The notes below the pieces were generated by a model that saw only the letters and a program-made list of their open reading frames with translations, ran no database searches and was not told the origin of the DNA. A stretch of DNA of 64,000 nucleotides from Lama glama (taxonomy: Eukaryota), in NCBI GenBank assembly GCA_028534125.1, contig CM052816.1, forward strand, positions 39,310,001-39,374,000, given 5' to 3'. Position 1 is the first letter of the stretch, and the number at the start of each line of letters is the position of its first letter. Below are positions 1-12,658 of this stretch, in pieces. Both the position numbers and the translations under genes were made by a program.

Positions 1-866
1 ACCATGAGTGGAATTTCTTGATTGTATGGTATTTTTTTTACTTGGGTTGTTTGTGTGTTTAATGTTGAGTTGCATGAGTTCTTTGTATATCTTGGACAGT
101 AACCATTATTGGCTATGTCATTTGCAAATGTCTTTTCGCATTCAATGGGCAGCCTTTTTATTTTGTTAATAGTTCCCCTTCACTGTGCAGAAGTTTTCTG
201 GTTTGATTAGGTCCCATTTGTTTATTTTTGCTTTTGTTTTTTTTGCCTGAGGAGACAGATCCAAATAATACTACTCATATGTCAGAGAGTGTACTGCCTA
301 TGTTTTCTTCCAGAAGCTTTGTGGCCTCAGGTCTTATATGTAAGTCTTTAATACATTTTGAATTTATTTTTGTATATGATGTGAGACACTAGTCTAGTTT
401 GATTGTTTTGCATGGAGCTGTCCAGCTTTCCCAGTACCATGTATTGAAGAGTCTGTCTTTTCCCCATTATGTATTCTTGCCTCCTTTGTCATAGATTAAT
501 CACTCATAAAAAGGCGGGTTCATTTCTAGGCTCTCTGTTCTGTTTCATTAATCTGTGTGTCGATTTTTGTGCCAGTACCATAATGCTTTGATGACTGTAG
601 CTTTAGTTTGAAATTAGGGAGTGTGATATCTCCAGCTTTGTTCTTTAGATTATTTTGGCAGTTCTTGGGTCTTTTGTGTTTCCATACAAATTTTAGAATT
701 ATTTGTTCTAGTTCTGTGAATAATACCATTGGTATTTCCATAGGGATGGCATTGAAGCTGTAGGTTGCTTTGGGTAGTGTGGTCATTTTCACAATATTAA
801 TAAGCAACATATCTTTCTGTCTGTTTTTGTCATCTTCATTTTCTTTCATCAGTGTCCTATAGTTTT
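1..866 (-). mobile_element. LINE-1 fragment, 3' part of ORF2, decayed; runs off the window start
   Basis: ORF 526-849(-) reads [37 protein letters not shown], a typical L1 ORF2 post-RT segment. It is collinear with the L1 at 50.2-51.4 kb apart from an internal deletion near position 38. Confidence 0.95.
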
Positions 867-1989
867 GACTTTATTCTTCATCTTATACTTGGTGCTTTTC
901 TCACCAGCCCAATTCAGGCTTCTGCTGAGGGAAAGGCAACAAGAGAAGATAAGCAAGACACCAGGTTTAGAGGAAGACGCTCATGTACTTATAGAATTCC
1001 CTGAGCCAGCTCAAGAATAGACAGAGTGACTTTACTTTCTTTTTCAGGTCTCTGTATCTGGTGACTTAGTGTCACTTGTCGGTAATAAGACCCCGAGTGG
1101 AGCCACAATACCCGCGGCTTCACGCTCGTTGTTGTCCAGGGCAGCTGTAGACATGTACCTTTCTTTTACTCTGAGGCTTATTCAAGTGGTGTCCACATTT
1201 GACTGTTTCAGTAAAGGAACGTTAAACAATGAAAAGGTGTATGTGATGAGAGTAAAACTAGTTGAAGAAGACCCATGAAAGTAGTCAGAAAGATGAATGT
1301 TATCCAAGGGTTCTATGTTCATTAACCAATTAGGATTTTCATATCAGTTGTACTGTCAGACCAAATGGGTAAGTTTTTCAGAGCCTGCCCTGTGAGCTCA
1401 ACTGACAATCACAAAATTAGGCTGCATGCTTTTCAAATTCATACACATCACCAGCAATAAAAATTCTGAAGTCTGAATAAGTTTGCAATTACACTGGTGC
1501 ATAAGGAAGATCAGAACACAAAGGGCTAGTCTTTGCAGTACTCACTTTCTTCATCAAGGCTTCCAGGAAGTAAGGGCATTGGTACTGTTCTATACATTTA
1601 TGAGGGAGCTGGGAGGGGCTCAGCTATGACTTTGTATCAAGGTGAAAATCCAGAGGTAAAAGGCTTGTGTCTCTTTGGTTAACCTTGTGAACATCTCCCG
1701 TATTCCTCTCTGCAGAGCTGGCCCTCCCCATGATGGCTGCTGGCTGTGAAAAGCATGGGTGTGTGTCTGTCACTGTGGCTGATGCCCACCTCTACAATGC
1801 CATTGTCAGTGCCTTAACCTAGGTTCTGATAGTCACAAAGTTGGGACCCAAAGTGATGGGTGCTGTAGCCCCTACAGCTGTGCTGAGTGTTTAGGACTGG
1901 GGAGAATGTTGATTTTCTGATTCAAGCTTATATTTTCTTAAAGACTAGAACCAAACATAGTATGTCATGAATATGGCTCAAGTATATAT

Positions 1990-2300
1990 GCTTGCAGCCC
2001 CACTTACCAGTGGCTCAGATTCCAGTCTAGGGGGAGGCTAGGACTTCATGCATCCATTTCTCTCATGGAGATCAGCTCAGCCCACAAAATTTACCCAACT
2101 GCCCACCGGCCAACTGATCCCCAGGGAGGGACACAAGGTGGACTCAACACAGTAACAGAAATACACACAAGTGCATCTTCAAGTTTGACCTAAGTTGTTA
2201 TTTTGTTAATCTTGCAATGTAAAAGTGATAATTCACCCTTTCTGGACTTTATCCTTTTGAGCAACTATTGTACCCAAACAAAGATGTCCATTAAAACTGA
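1990..2300 (-). mobile_element. Possible ancient LTR 3' end (Gypsy-like, MamGypLTR/LTR8x type)
   Basis: Minus strand has an A-rich poly(A)-signal-like stretch, then GT-rich sequence ending ...GAGCCACTGGTAAGTGGGGCTGCA. This resembles recalled ends of old mammalian Gypsy-type LTRs; not verified. Confidence 0.3.
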
Positions 2301-4147
2301 AGTCAGTGTTTCAATTTCCCAGAATGTCTCCTCTTTATAGATTATTTTCCATTTCCTTAAAGCAGAAAGTCCTATAATAGTATTTATCTGAATCCCTAAT
2401 ACAAATGCTCATCAGAGGATTCATATTTGAGATGAGTAGAATTCCTATTCCTATGAAAATGATTTCTCTTCATTATTTCCTTCTATTTGAAGAGCAAGTA
2501 ATTTAATTTCTAAATGTCTCTAGTGATCTGCTGACCACTGTCAAGCAATTATCATAGTGATCAAAGGGTAGACCATTATCTGAGATGGAGTGATTGATAG
2601 GTCTGCTAACTTCTGAAGTGAGCATCCATGCGTTTAAGGACAGTGAATGTTCTCCACGTTATAATCTGGACTATATATCTCTTAACAATAGGCAATAAAC
2701 ACAGGAGGTAGAAATCATTTATTGAAGTGGAGATAGAGTGATATATTTCTACTGGTTATAAAAGTCAGCATATCTTGAGTCAATGGGAGACCGTAGTAAG
2801 AAAATACATTTTAAGAATTAGTGAAATTTAGGAATTTAAAGGAAGTGGAAAATGTCTCTTCAAACCTCATAAACAGTTTAGGTCTTTGCCACAGTTTGAT
2901 GTCAAGCTGGAGCAAGGTGAAGGAGCTAAGAACTCTTTCTTGCCTTGAAGTTACCCATCAGTGGACTTCCCCCACGATGAATAGGGTTTTGGAAACGATG
3001 ATGTATTTGTGCAGCAGCTAATTGTGTTTTTCGACAGCTCGCTGGCAGAAGACTTCTCCCAGCTAGGCTGGAGATCTTGGAGTCTCTTCAGCCTTGTGAT
3101 GTCTCATTCTGGCCGTGGTGCCAGCTTCTTGGGAACTGCCCCTAGTTCTCTCTCAAGGTTCTTGGTGTATAATAGAGATAGTCGTCAGTCATAGGTTTTG
3201 GAGCAGTCTCACACTAAGGCAGAATAAATACCATCTTCCACATCACCCAACTTTTCTTTAACTTCCCTGCTCAGCCTTTTGTTCCCCTTTCCTCCTCCCA
3301 GGCTCCCTGGACCACTATTCACCCCCCTCTTTTCCAGCTGACTTAGTCTAGTTGGTGATGCAGATGCATCATCTTTCTCTTGAAAATTTCCCTGTTCTGG
3401 AATATGTTAGAAAAAGAACTTCCACTTGACAAAATTCATAATTTTCCTGTTTGACCTGATACTAAAGTTGACAAATTTGAGTGAATTAATGAATCCGCAA
3501 CAGATATAATTAGATGTTAATATGCAGCCATACTAGGCCATCCCATTCGTGTTTCAAAGTACAACAGGGTTGGAAATTTAATCAACGAAATGGGCATGAA
3601 AATTTGTCTTGATGCAGTCCTTAGTGGAGCTCTCAAATCAGCTAAATAGGGAGACACTGCTTCGAGCGGCTTCTACTTTAAATTTACCTGTAGCTGCATG
3701 AATTGAATGCAGTTGAATCCATAATCCATCTATTATCCGTCTGTTATGCTGTTGAAAAGCACTCATTCTGTAATTGTCTGAGTTAAAGAAAATAGTAGAT
3801 GCTTCTGAGAAAATCTGACCTCATTGTCCTTGACTGGAGCATTATATGATGCTTCATACCAAGACCTTTTCAGATTTTAATTGAGTTTTTATTTATTTTA
3901 TACTTATTTTAGAGATGCCTTTTCTTTTTCAGCAATCATATCCTCATATAGAGGTTGGGCTCTCCTCTGTCAGATCCAATAGCTGCCAGTCATAGCAACA
4001 GAGCATTTTTAGCCTCAGTTGACTTGCTTGGACATTTGAGATGATATCACGCTCTCCCAACATGAGTTCAAAGTTTGAACCCAAGGACAAAGCAGAGGGA
4101 GATGCACTGGGGCCTCCCAGGGATCATGTTTCCTCTTCTACCAACTG

Positions 4148-4166
4148 CAGCCACAAGATGGCGATG
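4148..4166 (+). promoter_or_regulatory. CTCF-like motif overlapping a YY1 core
   Basis: CAGCCACAAGATGGCGATG closely fits the CTCF core consensus and contains AAGATGGCG (YY1). The CpG is retained. Motif match only. Confidence 0.5.
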
Positions 4167-4750
4167 TGACAATTTAAATAAAACCAAAAGTTCTCGAGCT
4201 TTGTTTTATTTCGTTCAGGGAATTTTAAAGACAGTAGACTCCACTTTTAGCAACTGCTGAAGTTGAACTGGGAACCATATCCCACGAAGGATGACTGTCA
4301 GTGCTGTGGTTCATGAGATGGCTGACCACCAGTCAGTGATGCCGCGTGGAAAAGGATACTGTTCTATAGGTGCAAGCACACCTCTCGCCTTTTCCTTTCT
4401 CTTCTGATGTGCTCAGGTATAGTGGTTGGTGCACGTCCATGGCTTCAGCCTTGACAGAGTGATGAGAAGGTTTCAAATGACATTGTCTGTCCCTGGAGGA
4501 CAGTAGCAGACACTTTGATTTTGTTTTTCTTCCTGGGAGATGAACAGAGTAAATTCCATCCAAAAAGTTAGCTTTTGTAGGACAATAAATCCTACTCTTT
4601 GATAGTTAAGTCGTTTAACAATTCTTCAGAATCTCTTGTTTTTCTCAGTGAGAGGCTATATGATGAGCCTTACTTTGTAATTATTTGGGTACTTGATTCA
4701 TTATAGAGAACTGTTTCATGTATTTTGGGACCATGCAGTTTGAAATATGC

Positions 4751-4752
<2 letters not shown>

Positions 4753-4786
<34 letters not shown>
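4753..4786. repeat. (GT)17 microsatellite
   Basis: Perfect GT dinucleotide run read directly. Confidence 0.98.
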
Positions 4787-4789
<3 letters not shown>

Positions 4790-4839
4790 TAGGATGTCCA
4801 GGCCATGTTTCTTTCCATGTGACCTAGAATTTAAAAGTA

Positions 4840-4945
4840 TTTAATAACTACCTAATAGAAAATTTGTGAAGATTAAGGAAATAATCCATGTAAAACATGT
4901 GGTACATGGACATACAACAAATGTTAGTTATTATGTTATTACTGT
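4840..4945 (+). mobile_element. MIR SINE 3' fragment
   Basis: aataactaccta...ttgtgaagattaag.aaataatccatgtaaa...aaatgttagttatta matches the MIR 3' half. Confidence 0.7.
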
Positions 4946-5585
4946 TTTTTTGTTGTCACGTTCATAGTTGATGTTACATTGGCAGTTATTTGTGGGAACC
5001 AGTTAGCTTTGATCTGTCACAAAGCCACAGTTAAGCCGATTAGCTGATTTGAAAATGCAATCAAAATATTAATGGCTAATTCTTGTTGACTAAAACTTTA
5101 AAATGTGTGATTTATATGCATCATTTCTGCCTCCTCCCTCATTCTTCCTTTTAGATTGCTCAGAACAGCTCAGCTCTTTCCCCTACTGTCAAGAATTACA
5201 GAATAAAATGTTTTCGCCACTTTAACCAATGCTCAGCTGTGTTTATCTTTGACAGAACCATAGGAGAAAAGCAACTGTGATCTCAGTTACTGTCACTCCT
5301 AGTGATCTGAGTGGGGCTGGATGCCTCTTGCCCCTGCAACTCTGGACCCTGAGGGTTAAATGTCCTGGTCCCTCAGAGTGCACTTTTGCCAGGGTCCTTG
5401 TAGATTACCATCTACATCAGTCAACTGGGCACTTCAAATTCCTTGTTTACAGAGACTGACAGGCAGGTGCAGACACCATCTTGGCAGGAATAATTGATGC
5501 TGAACATCAAGAGAATGAGGACTTCTGATACACAGTTGGGTTGGGAGTGCTACTTAACCAAAGTGGACTGTTTAGGTACCCGTGG

Positions 5586-5972
5586 TGCTCCTTATGGACT
5601 GAATTGTGTCCCCTCCTCCAAATTGATGTGTTGAAGTGTTAACCCCTAGTGTGACTACATTTGGAGATGGGGCACTTAAAGAGGGAATTAAGGTTCAATG
5701 AGGTTATAAGGGAGGAGCCCTAATCCAACAAGACTGGTAAACTTAGAAAAGAGGAAGAGAAACCAAAGCTCACAGATCTCCCTGCATGTGTAGAGGAAAG
5801 GCTGTGAGAGGGCATGGTAGGAAGGTGGCCATCTGTACGCTAGGAAGAGGGGCCTCACCATAAATCAACTCTGTTGGACCTTGGTCTTGGACTTCCAGCC
5901 TCCAGAACTGTAAGGAGGTAAATGTCTGTTAGTCTGTGTATTCTGTTAGGGCAGCCTGAACAGAGTAAGACA
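5586..5972 (+). mobile_element. MaLR solo LTR (MLT1A/B-like)
   Basis: Starts tatggactgaattgtgtcccc, has ttggacttccagcctccagaactg internally and ends gcagcctgaacagagtaagaca. Confidence 0.9.
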
Positions 5973-6306
5973 TTCCTCTTGTCCATTTTATTCTATAAAT
6001 GAACAGTTATAGCAACCCCAGCCTGAGAATAGCATGCCAAATGGGGACCCAGTCCTCTCCGGGATCAGAGTTTGGATCATGTCACCAAATAAGCCCTGAG
6101 ACCAGAGGAGGTGGGAGCTGAGAGTTGGGGAATCCTGCAGGGGTAGTGGAAGAAGGTGCAAATCAGTGTCAATTGCGGACTGGACAGCAGTTTCTCTCAC
6201 AGCTTCTTTTACATTTCTCTCAAGAAGTGAGGCTTCTAGATTTCTGAAGATGCTGTTCCTTGAGGATATAGGCAGGTAGGACTCTCAGTGGTGCACAGTG
6301 AGTCTT

Positions 6307-6694
6307 TGTAGTAGGACTGTGGACCACCAGATCCCTCTTGAGGGGAGGACTTGTTACCTCAGGTGCTGCAGCAAATAGTCTTCACCTATTGAATGATGTC
6401 TCAGTGGCATAACTATCTCATACAAAGTCATGTCCTCTCAGGGTCATTTCACATCCAATGACTGATGGAGGCCAAGGTATAAAGGCTCATTTGTTTTGTT
6501 CCAAAGCAGGTCCACTCCAAAGGGTCAGTTCAGCTCTGGTGAGGCTGTCAGACCTTACAGCAGTTTGGCCTCTTCCTCTGCTCAATTCTGATTCCTGCCC
6601 TTCCAGGATTGTTGATTTAACTGATGCTCCGTTATCAGTATCTTAACCCTAAACTGTCTCAGAGTCTGCTTTCCAGTAACTTTAACCTGTAATG
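6307..6694 (+). mobile_element. ERVL solo LTR (LTR16A-like)
   Basis: Begins tgtagtagg...ccagatccctcttgagg, has a CCAAT box (atccaatgactg) and a TATA-like gtataaagg, and ends gtctcagagtctgctttccag...aacctg. Confidence 0.75.
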
Positions 6695-7629
6695 TTCACT
6701 AACAGTTGGGGTACTCTTCTTAATGGGGACTGTTTAAAGTCTCTGTTTTTCATTTGAGGTCCTAGTCACCTCTGACAAAATGCAGAGTCACATTTACCAT
6801 TTGGTCACCTAAACAATTGCCTTTTGACTTAGGTTTGTGTGAGTTGGTTTATGGTCCAGAGAGTCCTCAGAGTAACGAAGAGATGAGGCTTGTGTGCATG
6901 AAAACGTGTCAGTGTTGTCTTGGAGCTCACTGCTAGGCCCTTGTCACTCTGATGCCTCCTTTCCTGAGAAGACCATACAGGTTGAAGGTAGATGGAAAAG
7001 GCTAGTATGATAGAGCTGAGAAACATTGAATTTTCCTTCCATGGGTGATACATAACCAGGTATAATCTTATTTTTGTCCTAAAATTGTGTCAAACCGACA
7101 GTCATTGTAATTGATATTAAAGGGACCAAAACAAATGGGTCAAGCTATGTGTGATCAGTTTATTTTGAGATGAGACATCCATCCTGGGTAGACAGCCTGT
7201 AATTCTGTAATTACGTTCTGCAAACTATGTGAAACAGCAACAGCAACAGAAAGCACAGTGTTTGATTTGTGCATCACGATTGGCACAATACAGAAGAAGA
7301 ACATCCTACTTGATTGATAAACTCCTTTTCTGAACAGTTCCTATCACTCCATATTTCTTTGGTGCATCAGATGTCTTTATTCCACTGAGATTGCCCTTGG
7401 ATTAGCCATATTCCTCTACTGAAACCAGGGGAAAAAGAAAAAGGAAAATAATCTGAGATATTTAAATAGAAGAAAAATCCTTTAAAAACTAAATGACTTT
7501 ATATTACAAACAAATCATTAAATAATAAAATACTTAGAAGAGTTTTTACTTTAGTTTTTGTATAGTAACTTAGATCTGGATTAATGGAATTTTATGATAA
7601 AGAACACTTTTTTGATATTGACCAAGTAT

Positions 7630-7928
7630 TTTTTAAATTATTATTTGTTAAAGTATAGCCAGTTACGTTGTGTCAGTTTCTGGTGTACAGCATAATGTTT
7701 CAGTCACACATATACATACATTTGTTTTTATATTCTTTTTCATTATAGGTTTCTACAAGATATTGAATATAGTTCCCTGTGCTATACAGAAGAAATTTGG
7801 TTTTTTAAAATCAATTTTATATATAGTAGTTAATATTAGCAATTCTTGAACTCTCAGTGTATCCCTTCCCCCCACTTTTCCACCTAGTAACTGTAGGTTT
7901 GTCTACTATTTCTGTGAGTTTGTTTCTG
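7630..7928 (-). mobile_element. Young lineage-specific L1 3' UTR end, 5'-truncated
   Basis: T-rich tail, then gtgtcagtttctggtgtacagcata...ctacaagatattgaatatagttccctgtgctatacag. Reverse-complement similar to 28430-28610. Confidence 0.9.
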
Positions 7929-8129
7929 TAAAACACATTTAAAAATGATTTTCTTTTAATCCTTCACCAGACTTATTTCTGTGGCCTACATTTTGAACTC
8001 CCTAAGTCCACCATTATCTCTCTTATTAACTAATGTGTGTTTTAAGTTTTGAAAATTTTCTAAAAGTTAAAAAAATAACTAAACCTAGTTTCAGTGGATA
8101 TTTGTTGTTTCACATAGTGGCTTTGTTTT

Positions 8130-8498
8130 TTTACCTCAGCATCCCTAGTTGCCATTCTGTTGGTAATGGCTTTTGATTTCCTTTTAGAGATCTATGCCTC
8201 CCCTGGTGTCAGAATCTCAGTGTATATCCAGGTGCTCTGCACGGAGTTCAGGGACAGAGAACAGAACAGTGGAGTTCACGCATTCCAGGGGTGGCGGCCT
8301 CCTGAGGCTGCTCAGCAGCTCCGGTGGCCGTGACCTCAAGGGCGTCCCTGCTTTCCTCCTTCTACTCAGTTTTTGATCTTCTGTTACTCTCACTGATGCT
8401 ATGAGTAGCCAGATAATTTTCTAATAAATTGTGTTTTCAATTGTGTTAGCCAACCACTTGATACTGAAGTGATGAAAACAAAATCTCTGACTGATTCA
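8130..8498 (+). mobile_element. Old MaLR LTR (MLT1J/K-like), degraded
   Basis: aataaa at about 8423 and the terminal aaaatctctgactgattca resemble old MLT1 3' ends. Confidence 0.4.
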
Positions 8499-8849
8499 AA
8501 ACCTTAATAGTACCTGAAAATGTCAAATGTTACATTCCTCAAGGAACTATAAAATAAGAAACTATTTTACCTGAAGTGTTGTAAAGACAAGGAGTTTTAC
8601 ACTTTGTCACTTGATAAATTTCTTACTCATTTTCCTCCATGATCACTAATATTTTCTCCTTATGTGCGTTCATAATTTATTTGACCCAAGAACATGTCTC
8701 CACTGCACTAGAAGTTCTTTGTTCTGGAGAATACGTGCTAGATGATTGTCAGAGTGTAGGGCCTTTAGGATATATGAGTGAGTGAGCAGGATGGGGGAGT
8801 AGGGTTTGAATCAAGTAGTAGTTATGCTCATATCGATCATCTTGACTGG

Positions 8850-9450
8850 TTCCTTCATCCACTGGACAAACATCGTGCACTGTTTGTGTGCCAGACATAA
8901 TGGATATTGGAAGGAGATAGTGAAATAAAGAGCATGTTGCAGTGCCTGGAAGTAAGAAAGTATGGGGTGCTGTGGAAGCTCAGGGGGATCCTGAAGGGGC
9001 CCTCGAATTGTGGGATTAGATGATGCTTGTTTTGGGTCTGGAAGAATTTATAGGAAGTATTCTGGCAAAGAATGAGTAAAGGGAAAAAGAACAAAAGCAT
9101 GTGGGCAGGATCACAAGAAAAAACACGATACCTTTGGGAAAACGAAGTGGTACAGTGTGGCTGGAATGAGGTTTGAAGGTTTACATGAAGCATTTGACAG
9201 ATGAATCTAAGGACGATGGAAGAAACTAACAAAAGAGAATTTTATGTCAGGTGATCTGATCTACAAACTTGTGAGGACCTTGGGAGCTACAGGGTTGATA
9301 CACGTCTTTAGGAAAATCAACCTGACTGCTATACAGGAAGTGAACTGTAGGAGATCTAAAATCAAAATGGAGAGAGTCAAAGCAATTTTCAGAGTCTAGG
9401 TGAGATGTTGGAGGGGAGATGGAAGGCAGAGACTCACTATAATTGATCTA
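8850..9450 (-). mobile_element. LINE-2 fragment
   Basis: ttcatcc...caaacat...tgtgtgccagac (reverse complement of the L2 3' end), followed by a purine-rich antisense L2 body. Confidence 0.7.
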
Positions 9451-9554
9451 AATGTCCCTTCGGTGTCATCACCAAAGGAGGGAACGTGAAAGCCACTGTT
9501 AATTTAAAATAACCAGTCCTGTAAGCAATCTTTTTCCTCCTCCTTTCCTTCCTT

Positions 9555-9670
9555 TTTCATTCATTCATGAATTAAAGGTTTATTATGTGTCCTGGCCGTG
9601 CATCAATCAAGCTACTCAGTGAGTGGTGGGGGATGAAGCAGGTCTTGTCCACCCTCAGGTCAGCCAGGGT
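9555..9670 (-). mobile_element. LINE-2 3' end fragment
   Basis: ttcattcattcat...tatgtgtcctgg...gtcttgtccaccctcagg, the typical reverse complement of an L2 tail. Confidence 0.55.
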
Positions 9671-9684
9671 TCCAGCAGGAAGCA

Positions 9685-10110
9685 GTGACACACTCCAAAT
9701 TCCGAAATTCAAGGATGACTCAATAAAGGGAATGGTTTTTAAAGTGGTGGAAGGTTGTAGCCTGGGGCTGATAACAGCTGTAAATACTCTTGATCTGAAG
9801 AAACAAGGGAAGGGAGTGGTTTTTATAACCTGAAAGAAGACAGCTGTGTGGAGAGCAGCTACCTTGGGAGAAACCGTGACCTTCACTGGGGTAGAGGGCA
9901 CTGCCAATCCAAGGGCACTTTCACAGCGGGAGCTGGAGAACTCTGTGCTCTGTCTTTCCCTCCAATAGCCTGCTGGGCTCTCAGCTGACTCAGCCACAAG
10001 GAAGGGCAGAAGGCATGGGGATCTCTGGTATTTTCTGTTTGGGTCCTCATCCTGGAGCAAAAGGTGCAGAATTTTGGAGAATTAACTGGGAGGAGCAAAC
10101 AAAAGGTAGA
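9685..10110 (-). mobile_element. Old ERVL-class LTR (LTR33-like)
   Basis: gcctggggctgataacag...gggaagggagtgg...cagctgtgtggagag resembles recalled LTR33-family sequence. Confidence 0.45.
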
Positions 10111-11849
10111 GAATGTCAGGAAACTCTTACGCTTTCCCCCATGGGTGTGTGTGCAGGTGTTCATCCTTTCAAGACTGTATGCAATGTTTGTCTCAGCGTG
10201 GCCTCACCCACAAGGAGCCCAGGGAAAGGGGTTAGTGTACTGTGGTTTTCCCCATGTCAGTTCTGCCTTGGAGGCAGCCCTGGACCACATCCCCTTCTTC
10301 AAAAGAGCCTTCTCTTTGAACTAGACAGGTATTCTCTAAACAAATAGGAGACACAAAGCTAAATATTTGTTCCTGGTGTATTCAGTGTCCTATGCAAATG
10401 GCATTTAGGTGTATGTAACTGGTGCTGTGGAGCCTGGCATTTTAAGCAAACTCCAACTTGCATAAAGGAGCCATTAAAAGGAAAAAAGTTGAATGCTGTG
10501 GCCTGTGTTGGCCTACGTGTGAATTATGTGGCATTTTTGCTTTCTACACTTTTTGAGGTCTGCAGTCATGAAACGCTTCAGTGTCAAATCTGTAAAATCC
10601 ACTGCCCTCTATTCTTTTTCCTGTATAAATAGAAGCTGACAGTTGGAGGTTTTGTCACTGGCAATTTCAAATTCATTATTCTAAATAGACCTGACATTCG
10701 GGTTCTTGGTTGTAAAAGACTTTTAAACGACAAGCAGAGTCAAATTCCTTAGGTAAGGGGAATTTGTGGTTGCGTGTTTACCTTTGATATTGTCAAAAAA
10801 GAAGCGTCACGACATTGGTAGCATTCTCCGTATCCTGGAAGGATAGATTTATGATTATAAGGAGTCAAAGACATTAATCTTACTTCCAGATATCTTCCAA
10901 ATGGACATTAATAAAGTGCTTTCATAAAGAAAAGAAAAGCAGAGTCTGATCAGCTCTGCAGTGGTATGTCTGAGAATACCAGTTTTTACTTGTTGAGCAT
11001 ATGTGCCAGTGTTATGGGGAGTATCAGTCCTTCATCTGTAGTACTTTATTTACATGGGAAAAACATTAATAAAGAAATACCATGAAGTTTAAAAACAGGA
11101 AAGCTACTGGAATCAGGCGACATAATGGAAAAGGACTGCTTCTGTCCTCCACTCTGACTGGCAGAGATAGTAAGTTAAAAGTAATATTGTAGCATGTTGG
11201 GGCAATGAGAATTCAGAAGTAAAAGACTGGATTGCATGCTTCGGGGGTGGGGGGATAGGATGTGAGCACGGGTGGATCCCAAGACTGTAATAGCCCATTC
11301 TAGAAAATGCAGAAGGCCAAAGTCCGCACAGGACCTCCAGGAAACGCCACCTGTGCTGCACTTTCAAAAGGCCACGTGCCTGCCGTGCAGAGGAATGTCG
11401 GAGGTCACACAGTGTGAGTCAGCAAGAGAGAAATGTGAATATAAAATTTCATCTGCTTTCTCTAAACTTCTCACAGGCTCAAGAAAAAGCCGGAAAATGG
11501 CAGGGAAAGAGGTCAAGTGGAAGTGAAAGAACAGGTGTTACCTCTCCCACTATAGCTCCATGGTTCAGGCTCATATTGGAGGAGGAAAGCTTTGGGTTGA
11601 AAAGGAGATAAAAGTTTTGATTTAAAATCAGTGAAGTTCTTCAATACCTGAAGGTGAATCTTACTTACTGACCATGGATTTTGATCCTTTAAAATGACTC
11701 AGAAGTCATGTGATATGTGTAAAATGGGAGCAGCGATTGAGCAGAGTGTGTTTAAAGACAGTGTTTGTAGGAAAATAAAGCTACTCCCTAGACTCTGTAA
11801 ACAAGTTGTAATAATACCCTAGGATTTTCTCTGCATGTTGAATTTGAAG

Positions 11850-12020
11850 CCACAGTAGCCTGATGAGTCAGTACTATCCTTTTTAATAGTTTTATTTCAT
11901 TAACAAATAGGGTGAAAACGTTGAGATCACTTGGATTGAGCAGAATATATCTAGTAGTGATTGTTCAACTAGAGTAAACTGAGTCACTGAGTCTTGGTCT
12001 TCACAACTGCTACTTTTCCC
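11850..12020 (-). mobile_element. MIR fragment, degraded
   Basis: ttttatttcattaacaaatagggtgaaaacgttgaga is weakly similar to the antisense MIR core. Confidence 0.4.
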
Positions 12021-12658
12021 TTTTGATGCTTAACTCTTTAACTTCTAGGAAAGTTTTCACTAAGAATGACTCAGCAATAATACAGACAGCATTTCATTCC
12101 AGTTTTTAAACATCAGTGTCTGTGGGTAGGCTTGCAAATGAGGCAGATGATTGAGAATCTATGGAGTTGGAAAGAAAAAAAGAAAAAAGAAAAACGAAAG
12201 TCTCACTTTGAAAAAAGGAAGAAAAATGGAAGAAGACAGCAGTGGAAAAGGGAGTATGTATATATTGGGCAAAGAAAGATTAATGCAGTGGTTAATGATG
12301 AGTTTACTGATAGACTGTAAAGAGGGATTGAAATGTGGCAGCGTTTAGAAAAGATAATGGAGAAGGAGTTTTTCATCATGGGAAAGTTTTTGAGAAAGAG
12401 AAAGGGAGGGAGGGAGAAATAGGATTGATAGGAATCAGTGAAAAAACAAGAAAGGGTGAATTTCATAAATTCTGTATGGGTAAAAAAATGAATTCCTTTT
12501 GTGTGTGTGTGTGAGTTTGAGTTTTGTGCATGGCTTTACATTGTCCTGGATATATTGCTGCTCCATCCTAATCAGTCAGAATAATCTCTGTGCTGTTGAT
12601 GTGATTTGAAGTTTGAAGATCTTGGTGACTATGCAGGATGCTTGCTTTTCTCTCATAA

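Noticed and set aside
1048..1374. Strong acceptor at 1047 with an open frame, and donor GTAAGT near 1369
   Set aside because: Peptide not recognisable, and a stop intervenes before the strong donor.
2500..2630. Minus-strand translation containing ISDNGLPF, reminiscent of the integrase SDNG motif
   Set aside because: Flanking residues do not follow the integrase pattern (no downstream HPQ.NG..ER motif). Probably chance; a profile search would settle it.
9572..10347. Overlapping ORFs up to 162 aa
   Set aside because: They overlap L2 and an LTR remnant, show no recognisable domain and have no supporting exon structure.
12120..12480. Purine-rich tract giving Lys/Glu-rich ORFs
   Set aside because: Low-complexity or highly decayed repeat; no coding evidence.
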